In this document: positions 15,470 through 29,100 of the stretch, piece after piece
How the letters are laid out: the number at the start of each line of letters is the position of its first letter
How positions within the stretch are numbered: the first letter of the stretch is position 1
Origin: Macrostomum lignano
Lineage: Eukaryota
Assembly (NCBI GenBank): GCA_002269645.1
Contig: NIVC01002264.1
Coordinates: forward strand, 62,001-126,000
DNA length: 64,000 bases
Direction of reading: 5' to 3'
Made by a program: the position numbers and the translations under genes
The notes under the pieces: generated by a model
What the model was told of the DNA's origin: nothing
Seen by the model: the letters and a program-made list of their open reading frames with translations, nothing else
The model's database searches: none

Positions 15470-16995
15470 GAATATTTCCGGTTGGCAATTCTTTTGAACC
15501 TAAGAGTACTCACTTCCGGTAGAATATGAAACTGTACACCCACTTCCGGTTGGCAATTCTCTAAACCTACGAGTACCCCTCTTAAGGTAGATTATGAAAC
15601 TGTACACCCACTTCCGGTTGGCAATTCTCTAAACCTACGAGTACCCCTCTTAAGGTAGATTATGAAACTGTACACCCACTTCCGGTTGGCAATTCTCTAA
15701 ACCTACGAGTACCCCTCTTAAGGTAGATTATGAAACTGTACACCCACTTCCGGTTGGCAATTCTCTAAACCTACGAGTACCCCTCTTAAGGTAGATTATG
15801 AAACTGTACACCCACTTCCGGTTGGCAATTCTCTAAACCTACGAGTACCCCTCTTAAGGTAGATTATGAAACTGTACACTCACTTCCGGTTGGCAATTCT
15901 CTAAACCTACGAGTACCCCTCTTCCGGTATATTATGAAACTGTACACCCACTTCCGGTTGGCAATTCTCTAAACCTACGAGTACCCCTCTTAAGGTAGAT
16001 TATGAAACTGTACACCCACTTCCGGTTGGCAATTCTCTAAACCTACGAGTACCCCTCTTAAGGTAGATTATGAAACTGTACACTCACTTCCGGTTGGCAA
16101 TTCTCTAAACCTACGAGTACCCCTCTTAAGGTAGATTATGAAACTGTACACCCACTTCCGGTTGGCAATTCTCTAAACCTACGAGTACCCCTCTTAAGGT
16201 AGATTATGAAACTGTACACCCACTTCCGGTTGGCAATTCTCTAAACCTACGAGTACCCCTCTTAAGGTAGATTATGAAACTGTACACCCACTTCCGGTTG
16301 GCAATTCTCTAAACCTACGAGTACCCCTCTTAAGGTAGATTATGAAACTGTACACTCACTTCCGGTTGGCAATTCTCTAAACCTACGAGTACCCCTCTTA
16401 AGGTAGATTATGAAACTGTACACTCACTTCCGGTGGGAAATTCTCTAAACCTACGAGTACCCCTCTTAAGGTAGATTATGAAACTGTACACTCACTTCCG
16501 GTTGGCAATTCTCTAAACCTACGAGTACCCCTCTTAAGGTAGATTATGAAACTGTACACCCACTTCCGGTTGGCAATTCTCTAAACCTTCGAGTACCCCT
16601 CTTAAGGTAGATTATGAAACTGTACACTCACTTCCGGTTGGCAATTCTCTAAACCTACAAGTACCCCTCTTAAGGTAGATTATGAAACTGTACACCCACT
16701 TCCGGTTGGCAATTCTCTAAACCTACGAGTACCCCTCTTAAGGTAGATTATGAAACTGTACACCCACTTCCGGTTGGCAATTCTCTAAACCTACGAGTAC
16801 CCCTCTTAAGGTAGATTATGAAACTGTACACTCACTTCCGGTTGGCAATTCTCTAAACCTACGAGTACCCCTCTTCCGGTATATTATGAAACTGTACACT
16901 CACTTCCGGTGGGAAATTCTCTAAACCTACGAGTACCCCTCTTAAGGTAGATTATGAAACTGTACACTCACTTCCGGTGGGAAATTCTCTAAACT
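15470..16995. repeat. 68-bp tandem repeat
   Basis: CACTTCCGGTTGGCAATTCTC...GAAACTGTACACC, ~22 units. Confidence 0.95.
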
Positions 16996-17137
16996 ACAAA
17001 GCTTTTGTTAAACACAGAAAACAAAATACCTTGGAAATTTCGAGCGCTCAACTTTTTACGGACTATTTCTTATCCAGTTCGTAAAAAAATAGAACTCTAG
17101 AGTAACTATACAACGGGTTGCATGTACACTTAAGTTT

Positions 17138-20100
17138 CTAGCTTTCGAGAGTCTCCTGGGCTTCAGCGGCCACTGCCACCGGAGCAGCGGCAGCCGGCGG
17201 CGCCGCCTCGAACAGTCGAGTGCCGCTAAAGCCGATCTCAATTTCATTCGGCCCAGTTGCCGATGCCGCCTCTGTTAACGTTGAATCGTTGCCGCCGCCG
17301 CGCCTTAGCGACAAGCCGGCGCCGGTAACGGCTGCGGCATCTTCAGAGCCCGGCGGCAGGTCGAAAGCGGCGTCAACAACGGAGCCGGGGCCCAGGCCGA
17401 GATGGCGCAGCTGAGCCTTAGCCGGCTCGAGCTCGCGACCGTCAACCAGCAGGTGCTGATCGTACGGAGCGACACCGTAGGCTTCCATGAGTCGCAGCTT
17501 TAAATCTTGCACAGTGGCTTCCGAATCGATGTCGAATCGTTTGTCGGTTGGCTTGCGACGAATTCTGGAAGACCTCCATGGCTGCGGTTGCTGCTGAGCA
17601 GATTTGGCGCACTTCGTCGGCGGTGACTTAATACCATTGCCGACGCCGCCCTCGTCAGCGGCGGCATCCGCGGTGGCCGACTGATCGGTCGAAGCCGCCG
17701 AGGTGGCCGCTCGCTTCCTGCCGGCGCTCGAACGCGTGCTAGCGGCGTACCCGCCGGGCCGCACAGATCCCCGGGCATCCTCGGCTACCCTCACGTAGAT
17801 TGTCATTTTAAATCCGGCGCCAGCGTCGCCAACTTCCCCACCGGCCGCGTCGCCGGCGTCGCCTGCTGATGCGGCATCGGCCGCTGAGTCGAGGCATTCG
17901 TCGCAGACGGGCGGCTGGCAGGAGTCGTCCTCTAGGCGGCAGATTTCAACACCGTCGCTGGAATAGGCGTCGACTAAAGCCAGCCATTCGTCTTGGGTCA
18001 GGGCGACAAGGCCAGAGTCGGCCGAGTCTGGCCGGCAGAGCAGGCGGCCGTGCGGGCACAGGTGACCGGAGTTCGGCACCGGGCCGCCTGGTGGCTCAGT
18101 CAGCGGCGTCGCTGTCGATTCCTCCTCGGCGGCGGCGACCGCAGCGGCAACCACAAAACGACGCCATTGGACAAGAAATTCTGCGTCGGCGTAATAAATC
18201 TTGCGGCCGGCGCAGTCGGCCAGGCTCAACAGGCGCTGAGGCCCGCTGCCAGTTGGCCGGTGGCGCTTCAGGTGTGCGGACAGGTGGAACAGCCGGTCGG
18301 TCTCGGCCTGAGCCCGACTAGTCAGCCTGGCCCGCTGATCAGAGCACACCGGACAGGGCTTGGCATCGTGCCAATAAACCGGACAGTTCGGGAAGTAAGC
18401 AGCTAATCTGTGCCAGATCTCCTCCGGTAGGAGGCGGCGCCGGCCAGTCTCGCAGCAGAGATTGCCGTGCTGGCAAAGCAGGTCTTCGTTGAAGGCGAAG
18501 CCAACTGTCGCCGGATGGCCGTTGCTGACCGCCTGCTGATTGGCTGTCAGGGTTAATTAAAAAAATTGATTTCATAGAAATCAAATCACTATTCTAACAT
18601 CGCTTCTGACGATCTAAATGGCAATTTGGACAATCAAAACGGGACGCCATAGACATTCAAGCCAGGCCGCAGATCTCACCCTAGTCATGGACTTTAGCAG
18701 TTTAGCAGAGTCTACTGAGGGAGGCTTGGCCATAGACTATTGGGAATCGGACTGAGATTTTCTAGCTCTCTGTCCCTCCCGATCCACTGTTTTCTCGTCT
18801 TTGACCTGAAGGGTGTCAGCAGATCGCCAGCGGCTGATTGATGCGATTGCACAAGGGTCATTCATCGAAGGAAGCTGCGCAAGAATCCTGCAAATCAAGA
18901 AAACAAGCGCATTCCGAATCGCTGCCAGAGTAGAATCCCTTCTTCGCGGTGGTTGGAAAGAAGGATTTTGCAAGGAAATGAGAGAATTCTTGGTTGAGAA
19001 ACTCGATGAAAATCCTTTCCTGAAGATCAGGGAGTTCTGAGTTACTTTTGTTTTGCTTCCGGTAACGAAGACTTTGTTCACTTTTAAATATTCTAGTGGC
19101 CTCGAGATATAAAACAATACATTAAATTGGGCGAATTACCGTTTTGAATGGCTTTTTCCCATTTTGAGTGTCCATTCCACATTATATGATTGTGCATTCC
19201 CAAGCAGCCCGAGTCTGCGGCCTGGCTTGAATGTCCATGGTGTCCTATTTTGAGTGTCCATTCCACATTATATGATTGTGCATTCCCAAGCAGCCCGAGT
19301 CTGCGGCCTGGCTTGAATGTCCATGGTGTCCTATTTTGAGTGTCCATTCCACATTATATGATTGTGCATTCCCAAGCAGCCCGAGTCTGCGGCCTGGCTT
19401 GAATGTCCATGGTGTCCTATTTTGAGTGTCCATTCCACATTATATGATTGTGCATTCCCAAGCAGCCCGAGTCTGCGGCCTGGCTTGAATGTCCATGGTG
19501 TCCCATTTTGAGTGTCCATTCCACATTATATGATTGTGCATTCCCAAGCAGCCCGAGTCTGCGGCCTGGCTTGAATGTCCATGGTGTCCCATTTTGAGTG
19601 TCCATTCCACATTATATGATTGTGCATTCCCAAGCAGCCCGAGTCTGCGGCCTGGCTTGAATGTCCATGGTGTCCCATTTTGAGTGTCCATTCCACATTA
19701 TATGATTGTGCATTCCCAAGCAGCCCGAGTCTGCGGCCTGGCTTGAATGTCCATGGTGTCCCATTTTGAGTGTCCATTCCACATTATATGATTGTGCATT
19801 CCCAAGCAGCCCGAGTCTGCGGCCTGGCTTGAATGTCCATGGTGTCCCGTTTTGATTGTCCAAATGCCCATCGAGGTGTCTCAAAAGTTCTCGGAATGTT
19901 TGCTCTAGCTCCTCAGTACCTTGACTTATTTTTATATTTTACGTGTCAAACTAAAGATAATTTTTCAACGAAAAAAATTTGTCATTTGAGTTTATTTTTC
20001 ATGCGGCTTCGTTTAAGATTTACAACAGGGACTTTAAAGGAAGGAAGGAAAGAAGAATAAAATAATAAAACCAAATCGAACGTCTGTGACATTTTAGTAG

Positions 20101-23100
20101 CGGAAATCCTTGGTTCTTAAAAGTTAAAAATATTTTTTAAATAGAAAGCCAGACTCACAACAGACACTGCCGCTCTGTTCTGTCGCAGCGGAACCGTCAG
20201 TATTATCCTGATCATCTTCAACAGCAGAAGCTGGCGCTGACTCTTCTTGGTGCTGCTGGCGGGCCAGGTTCTTCCAGGAGCGAAGAGACTTCACGCCAAC
20301 CCAGGCTGATCGAGACGAAGCGCCGCTGTTGCTGCTACTAGAAGCTTGGCCGTTTTGCTGGCAAATTGATGGGTGGAGTCAAAGAATTACAAATTAAAAC
20401 AGTCGATTTTAAAATGCCACAATGCATCTCGTTTCACTTAAGATGCTAATCCCAAGCATGCCCTTCAGGTGAGTGGCAGCTACTCTTAAACATTCCCTTC
20501 AGGTGAGGAGCTGATGGTCTCAAACATTCCCTTCAGGTGATCTCAAACATGCCCTTCAGGTGAGCAGCTGCTAATCCCAAACATGCCGTTCAGGTGAGCA
20601 GCAGCTACTCTTAAACATTCCCTTCAGGTGATCTCAAACATGCCCTTCAGGTGAGCAGCAGCAACTCTTAAACATTCCCTTCAGGTTATCTCAAACATGC
20701 CCTTTAGGTGAGCAGCTGCTAATCCCAAACATGCCGTTCAGGTAAGCAGCAGCTACTCCTAAACATTCCCTTCAGGTGATCTCAAACATGGTCTTCAGGT
20801 GAGCAGCTGCTAATCTCAAACATGGTCTTCAGGTGAGCTGCTGTTGCTAATCTCAAACATGGTCTTCAGGTGAGCAGCTGCTAATCTCAAACATGGTCTT
20901 CAGGTGAGCTGCTGCTGCTAATCTCAAACATGGCCTTCAGGTGAGCTGCTGTTGCTAATCTCAAACATGGTCTTCAGGTGAGCAGCTGCTAATCTCAAAC
21001 ATGGTCTTCAGGTGAGCAGCTGCTAATCTCAAACATGGTCTTCAGGTGAGCAGCTGCTAATCTCAAACATGGTCTTCAGGTGAGCAGCTGCTAATCTCAA
21101 ACATGGTCTTCAGGTGAGCTGCTGCTGCTAATCTCAAACATGGTCTTCAGGTGAGCTGCTGTTGCTAATCTCAAACATGGCCTTCAGGTGAGCTGCTGCT
21201 GCTAATCTCAAACATGGTCTTCAGGTGAGCAGCTGTTGCTAATCTCAAACATGGTCTTCAGGTGAGCTGCTGTTGCTAATCTCAAACATGGCCTTCAGGT
21301 GAGCTGCTGTTGCTAATCTCAAACATGGTCTTCAGGTGAGCTGCTCTTGCTAATCTCAAACATGGTCTTCAGGTGAGCAGCTGTTGCTAATCTCAAACAT
21401 GGTCTTCAGGTAAGCTGCTGTTGCTTATCTCAAACATGGTCTTCAGGTGAGCTGCTGTTGCTAATCTCAAACATGGTCTTCAGGTGAGCAGCTGTTGCTA
21501 ATCTCAAACATGGTCTTCAGGTGAGCTGCTGTTGCTAATCTCAAACATGGCCTTCAGGTGAGCTGCTGTTGCTAATCTCAAACATGGTCTTCAGGTGAGC
21601 AGCTGCTAATCTCAAACATGGTCTTCAGGTGAGCAGCTGCTAATCTCAAACATGGTCTTCAGGTGAGCTGCTGTTGCTAATCTCAAACATGGCCTTCAGG
21701 TGAGCTGCTGTTGCTAATCTCAAACATGGTCTTCAGGTGAGCTGCTGTTGCTAATCTCAAACATGGTCTTCAGGTGAGCAGCTGCTAATCTCAAACATGG
21801 TCTTCAGGTGAGCAGCTGCTAATCTCAAACATGGTCTTCAGGTGAGCTGCTGTTGCTAATCTCAAACATGGCCTTCAGGTGAGCTGCTGTTGCTAATCTC
21901 AAACATGGCCTTCAGGTGAGCTGCTGTTGCTAATCTCAAACATGGTCTTCAGGTGAGCAGCTGCTAATCTCAAACATGGTCTTCAGGTGAGCAGCTGCTA
22001 ATCTCAAACATGGTCTTCAGGTGAGCTGCTGCTGCTAATCTCAAACATGGTCTTCAGGTGAGCTGCTGTTGCTAATCTCAAACATGGTCTTCAGGTGAGC
22101 TGCTGTTGCTAATCTCAAACATGGTCTTCAGGTGAGCTGCTGTTGCTAATCTCAAACATGGCCTTCAGGTGAGCTGCTGTTGCTAATCTCAAACATGGTC
22201 TTCAGGTGAGCAGCTGCTAATCTCAAACATGGTCTTCAGGTGAGCAGCTGCTAATCTCAAACATGGTCTTCAGGTGAGCTGCTGTTGCTAATCTCAAACA
22301 TGGTCTTCAGGTGAGCTGCTGTTGCTAATCTCAAACATGGTCTTCAGGTGAGCTGCTGTTGCTAATCTCAAACATGGTCTTCAGGTGAGCTGCTGTTGCT
22401 AATCTCAAACATGGTCTTCAGGTGAGCTGCTGTTGCTAATCTCAAACATGGTCTTCAGGTGAGCAGCTGCTAATCTCAAACATGGTCTTCAGGTGAGCTG
22501 CTGTTGCTAATCTCAAACATGGTCTTCAGGTGAGCTGCTGTTGCTAATCTCAAACATGGTCTTCAGGTGAGCTGCTGTTGCTAATCTCAAACATGGCCTT
22601 CAGATGAGCTGCTGTTGCTTATCTCATAAACATCGGTTTAGCGCGCATCCACCTGGACAGAAATATGGCAAACCCACCGGCAGGTGATGCTGGTACTCCG
22701 GCTTGCGCTTAGCCGCCTTGTCAATCAGTTTGGCATCGGTAGCCAGCCTCGAGTCCAGTCGAATCCTGGCGCATCGCTGCCGCACGCAGGCCAGACAGAG
22801 TGCCGACTCGCCGGCAAGAAACGGCGCTGGCACGGGTGTCACTACGGAGTCAGTCGACATCGCGTCGTCGTCTTCAGCTGCTTTGCCGTCAGGCTCAGCG
22901 GCGCTGGCGCTGCTGCTCTGGTTATTGGAGAGAAAATCGAACAGGTCCCGATTGACAGCTTTGACGTGCGGACCGACGCACTCGGGCAGCAGGCGGCCGT
23001 GCGGGCAGACGTACTGGGCGTAGGCACAGGAGTCCAGGGTGCGCAGGAAGAAGGCAACTTCGTCGCCGGATTCGCCAACGTCCTCTGGGCTGCTGTTGAA

Positions 23101-26100
23101 TACTGTCTGCGCGAAATGTTTTGCTATGTTGCTTATAATAGGAGTAAAATTGGTCGCTTTTTCTACGAATACCGATAGGGGCATCACCAAACTGGCTCCC
23201 GTGACGCTAAATCGATCCCCTCATAGAGCGCCACATAGGGAACCCAAAACTACTCATGAGATGTTAAAGTGCTCATAAAAGCTAAAACTACTCACGAAAA
23301 GTTTCAACTGCTCATGAGAAGCTAAAACTGCTCATGAGAAGCTAAAACTGCTCATGAAAAGCTAAAACTGCTCATGAGAAGCTAAAACTGCTCATGAGAA
23401 GCTAAAACTGCTCATGAAAAGCTAAAACTGCTCATGAGAAGCTAAAACTGCTCATGAGAAGCTAAAACTGCTCATGAGAAGCTAAAAACTGCTCATGAGA
23501 AGCTAAAAACTGCTCATGAGAAGCTAAAAACTGCTCATGAGAAGCTAAAAACTGCTCATGAGAAGCTAAAAACTGCTCATGAGAAGCTAAAAACTGCTCA
23601 TGAGAAGCTAAAAACTGCTCATGAGAAGCTAAAAACTGCTCATGAGAAGCTAAAAACTGCTCATGAGAAGCTAAAAACTCTCATGAGAAGCTAAAAACTG
23701 CTCATGAGAAGCTAAAAACTGCTCATGAGAAGCTAAAAACTGCTCATGAGAAGCTAAAAACTGCTCATGAGAAGCTAAAATCTACTCATGAATCTAAAAC
23801 TGCTCATGAGAGAAGCTGAAACTGCTCATGAGAGAAGCTGAAACTGCTCATGAGAGAAGCTGAAACTGCTCATGAGAGAAGCTGAAACTGCTCATGAGAG
23901 AAGCTGAAACTGCTCATGAGAGAAGTTAAAATCAGCTTATGAAAAGCTAAAACTGTTCCTGGGAACCAAATCTGCTCATATGAAGCTAAAAACTGCTCAT
24001 ATGAAGCTAAAAAAACTGCTCATATGATGATCCAAATCTGCTCATGGAGAGCTAAAGACATTCTTAAGTAGCCGTAGCCAGATTCACTTTAACATATATC
24101 TATGACTACCCGACCAAGGGCCCAAAAAAGATGAAATTAAATATGAAATACAGACAGGCACACAGATTGACAAATCAAGCTAACCTGCAACCAGGCAGAC
24201 GGTACAAAAGCGTGACAATCAACTCGTTGAAGCAGCGGCAGCACCCGGCTAGCCAGCCTGCCCAGGAAGTCCCGATGCCGACGCTCGCGTCTAGCAACTG
24301 CGCTGGCCAGGCGAGCCCGGGCAACGTTCTCAGCGTTAACCAGCTCGGCCAGTTTGTCCGGCACCGCGGCCAGATTAGGATTAGCCTTGTGCGCTTCGAA
24401 TACGCTGCGCTTCTCGTACACTAGAATGTAGGCATTCTGCGACAGATGCCAGTCTTTCCCGGGCACAGCGGCCGAGGCTTTCTCAGTTGGCCGGCTGGCC
24501 GAGTACCCCATCGACTGCTCCAGCTTCTCTTCTTGTCGCTTTAATAGCTTGTGCTTCACTGGGTACACCTGGCTATCGTTGCACACCAGCCAGCCCCGGC
24601 TGTAGTCCCGAACTATGGCCACGTAGTGACCGCCTGTGGCCTGCGTGTGTTCAATATAACAGTGCAGTTATTGCTATTGGAAGGCTGGATGGAATAAGCT
24701 AGATAGGATTTACTCGCTTCAACATAATCCACAGAGACAGGATTAACTCGCCCCCATTATAATCTACCGACAGGATTAACACCCCACCATAATCTACAGA
24801 CAGGATTAACACCCCACCATAATCTACAGACAGGATTAACACCCCCACTATAATCTACAGACAGGATTAACACCCCCATCATAATCTACAGACAGGATTA
24901 ACACCCCACCATAATCTACAGACAGGATTAACACCCCACCATAATCTACAGACAGGATTAACACCCCCACCATAATCTACAGAGAGGATTAACACCCCAC
25001 CATAATCTACAGACAGGATTAACACGCCCACCATAATCCACAAAGACAGGGTTAACACCCCACCATAATCCACAAAGACAGGATTAACACCCCACCATAA
25101 TCTACAGAGACAGGATTAACTCGCCCCATCAGAAGCTACAGAGACAGGATTAACTCGCCCCATCATAAGCTACAGAGACAGGATTAACACTCCACCATAA
25201 GCTACAGAGACAGGATTAACACTCCACCATAAGCTACAGAGACAGGATTAACACTCCACCATAAGCTACAGAGACAGGATTAACTCGCCCCATCAGAAGC
25301 TACAGAGACAGGATTAACTCGCCCCATCAGAAGCTACAGAGACAGGATTAACTCGCCCCATCAGAAGCTACAGAGACAGGATTAACTCGCCCCATCAGAA
25401 GCTACAGAGACAGGATTAACTCGCCCCATCATAAGCTACAGAGACAGGATTAACTCGCCCCATCATAAGCTACAGAGACAGGATTAACTCGCCCTATCAT
25501 AAGCTACAGAGACAGGATTAACTCGCCCTATCATAAGCTACAGAGACAGGATTAACTCGCCCCATCATAAGCTACAGAGACAGGATTAACTCGCCCCATC
25601 ATAAGCTACAGAGACAGGATTAACTCGCCCTATCATAAGCTACAGAGACAGGATTAACTCGCCCCATCATAAGCTACAGAGACAGGATTAACTCGCCCCA
25701 TCATAAGCTACAGAGACAGGATTAACTCGCCCTATCATAAGCTACAGAGACAGGATTAACTCGCCCCATCATAAGCTACAGAGACAGGATTAACTCGCCC
25801 CATCATAAGCTACAGAGACAGGATTAACTCGCCCTATCATAAGCTACAGAGACAGGATTAACTCGCCCTATCATAAGCTACAGAGACAGGATTAACTCGC
25901 CCCATCATAAGCTACAGAGACAGGATTAACTCGCCCCATCAGAAGCTACAGAGACAGGATTAACTCGCCCCATCATAAGCTACAGAGACAGGATTAACTC
26001 GCCCCATCATAAGCTACAGAGACAGGATTAACTCGCCCCATCATAAGCTACAGAGACAGGATTAACACTCCACCATAAGCTACAGAGACAGGATTAACAC

Positions 26101-29100
26101 TCCACCATAAGCTACAGAGACAGGATTAACACTCCACCATAAGCTACAGAGACAGGATTAACTCGCCCCATCATAAGCTACAGAGACAGGATTAACTCGC
26201 CCCATCAGAAGCTACAGAGACAGGATTAACTCGCCCCATCAGAAGCTACAGAGACAGGATTAACTCGCCCCATCAGAAGCTACAGAGACAGGATTAACTC
26301 GCCCCATCAGAAGCTACAGAGACAGGATTAACTCGCCCCATCAGAAGCTAGAGAGACAGGATTAACTCGCCCCATCATAAGCTACAGAGACAGGATTAAC
26401 TCGCCCCATCATAAGCTACAGAGACAGGATTAACACTCCACCATAAGCTACAGAGACAGGATTAACACTCCACCATAAGCTACAGAGACAGGATTAACAC
26501 TCCACCATAAGCTACAGAGACAGGATTAACTCGCCCCATCATAAGCTACAGAGACAGGATTAACTCGCTCCATCATAAGCTACAGAGACAGGATTAACAC
26601 TCCACCATAAGCTACAGAGACAGGATTAACTCGCCCCATCATAAGCTACAGAGACAGGATTAACTCGCCCTATCATAAGCTACAGAGACAGGATTAACTC
26701 GCCCCATCATAAGCTACAGAGACAGGATTAACTCGCCCCATCATAAGCTACAGAGACAGGATTAACTCGCCCTATCATAAGCTACAGAGACAGGATTAAC
26801 TCGCCCCATCATAAGCTACAGAGACAGGATTAACTCGCCCCATCATAAGCTACAGAGACAGGATTAACTCGCCCTATCATAAGCTACAGAGACAGGATTA
26901 ACTCGCCCCATCATAAGCTACAGAGACAGGATTAACTCGCCCCATCATAAGCTACAGAGACAGGATTAACTCGCCCTATCATAAGCTACAGAGACAGGAT
27001 TAACTCGCCCTATCATAAGCTACAGAGACAGGATTAACTCGCCCCATCATAAGCTACAGAGACAGGATTAACTCGCCCCATCAGAAGCTACAGAGACAGG
27101 ATTAACTCGCCCCATCATAAGCTACAGAGACAGGATTAACTCGCCCCATCATAAGCTACAGAGACAGGATTAACTCGCCCCATCATAAGCTACAGAGACA
27201 GGATTAACACTCCACCATAAGCTACAGAGACAGGATTAACACTCCACCATAAGCTACAGAGACAGGATTAACACTCCACCATAAGCTACAGAGACAGGAT
27301 TAACTAGCCCCATCATAAGCTACAGAGACAGGATTAACTCGCCCCATCAGAAGCTACAGAGACAGGATTAACTCGCCCCATCAGAAGCTACAGAGACAGG
27401 ATTAACTCGCCCCATCAGAAGCTACAGAGACAGGATTAACTCGCCCCATCAGAAGCTACAGAGACAGGATTAACTCGCCCATCAGAAGCTAGAGAGACAG
27501 GATTAACTCGCCCCATCATAAGCTACAGAGACAGGATTAACTCGCCCCATCATAAGCTACAGAGACAGGATTAACACTCCACCATAAGCTACAGAGACAG
27601 GATTAACACTCCACCATAAGCTACAGAGACAGGATTAACACTCCACCATAAGCTACAGAGACAGGATTAACTCGCCCCATCATAAGCTACAGAGACAGGA
27701 TTAACTCGCTCCATCATAAGCTACAGAGACAGGATTAACACTCCACCATAAGCTACAGAGACAGGATTAACTCGCCCCATCATAAGCTACAGAGACAGGA
27801 TTAACTCGCCCCATCAGAAGCTACAGAGACAGGATTAACTCGCCCCATCAGAAGCTACAGAGACAGGATTAACTCGCCCCATCATAAGCTACAGAGACAG
27901 GATTAACTCGCCCCATCATAAGCTACAGAGACAGGATTAACTCGCCCCATCATAAGCTACAGAGACAGGATTAACTCGCCCTATCATAAACTACAGAGAC
28001 AGGATTAACTCGCCCCATCATAAGCTACAGAGACAGGATTAACTCGCCCCATCATAAGCTACAGAGACAGGATTAACTCGCCCTATCATAAGCTACAGAG
28101 ACAGGATTAACTCGCCCTATCATAAGCTACAGAGACAGGATTAACTCGCCCCATCATAAGCTACAGAGACAGGATTAACTCGCCCTATCATAAGCTACAG
28201 AGACAGGATTAACTCGCCCCATCATAAGCTACAGAGACAGGATTAACTCGCCCCATCATAAGCTACAGAGACAGGATTAACTCGCCCTATCATAAGCTAC
28301 AGAGACAGGATTAACTCGCCCTATCATAAGCTACAGAGACAGGATTAACTCGCCCCATCATAAGCTACAGAGACAGGATTAACTCGCCCCATCAGAAGCT
28401 ACAGAGACAGGATTAACTCGCCCCATCAGAAGCTACAGAGACAGGATTAACTCGCCCCATCATAAGCTACAGAGACAGGATTAACTCGCCCCATCATAAG
28501 CTACAGAGACAGGATTAACACTCCACCATAAGCTACAGAGACAGGATTAACACTCCACCATAAGCTACAGAGACAGGATTAACACTCCACCATAAGCTAC
28601 AGAGACAGGATTAACTCGCCCCATCATAAGCTACAGAGACAGGATTAACTCGCCCCATCAGAAGCTACAGAGACAGGATTAACTCGCCCCATCAGAAGCT
28701 ACAGAGACAGGATTAACTCGCCCCATCAGAAGCTACAGAGACAGGATTAACTCGCCCCATCAGAAGCTACAGAGACAGGATTAACTCGCCCCATCAGAAG
28801 CTACAGAGACAGGATTAACTCGCCCCATCATAAGCTACAGAGACAGGATTAACTCGCCCCATCATAAGCTACAGAGACAGGATTAACACTCCACCATAAG
28901 CTACAGAGACAGGATTAACACTCCACCATAAGCTACAGAGACAGGATTAACACTCCACCATAAGCTACAGAGACAGGATTAACACTCCACCATAAGCTAC
29001 AGAGACAGGATTAACTCGCCCCATCATAAGCTACAGAGACAGGATTAACTCGCTCCATCATAAGCTACAGAGACAGGATTAACACTCCACCATAAGCTAC

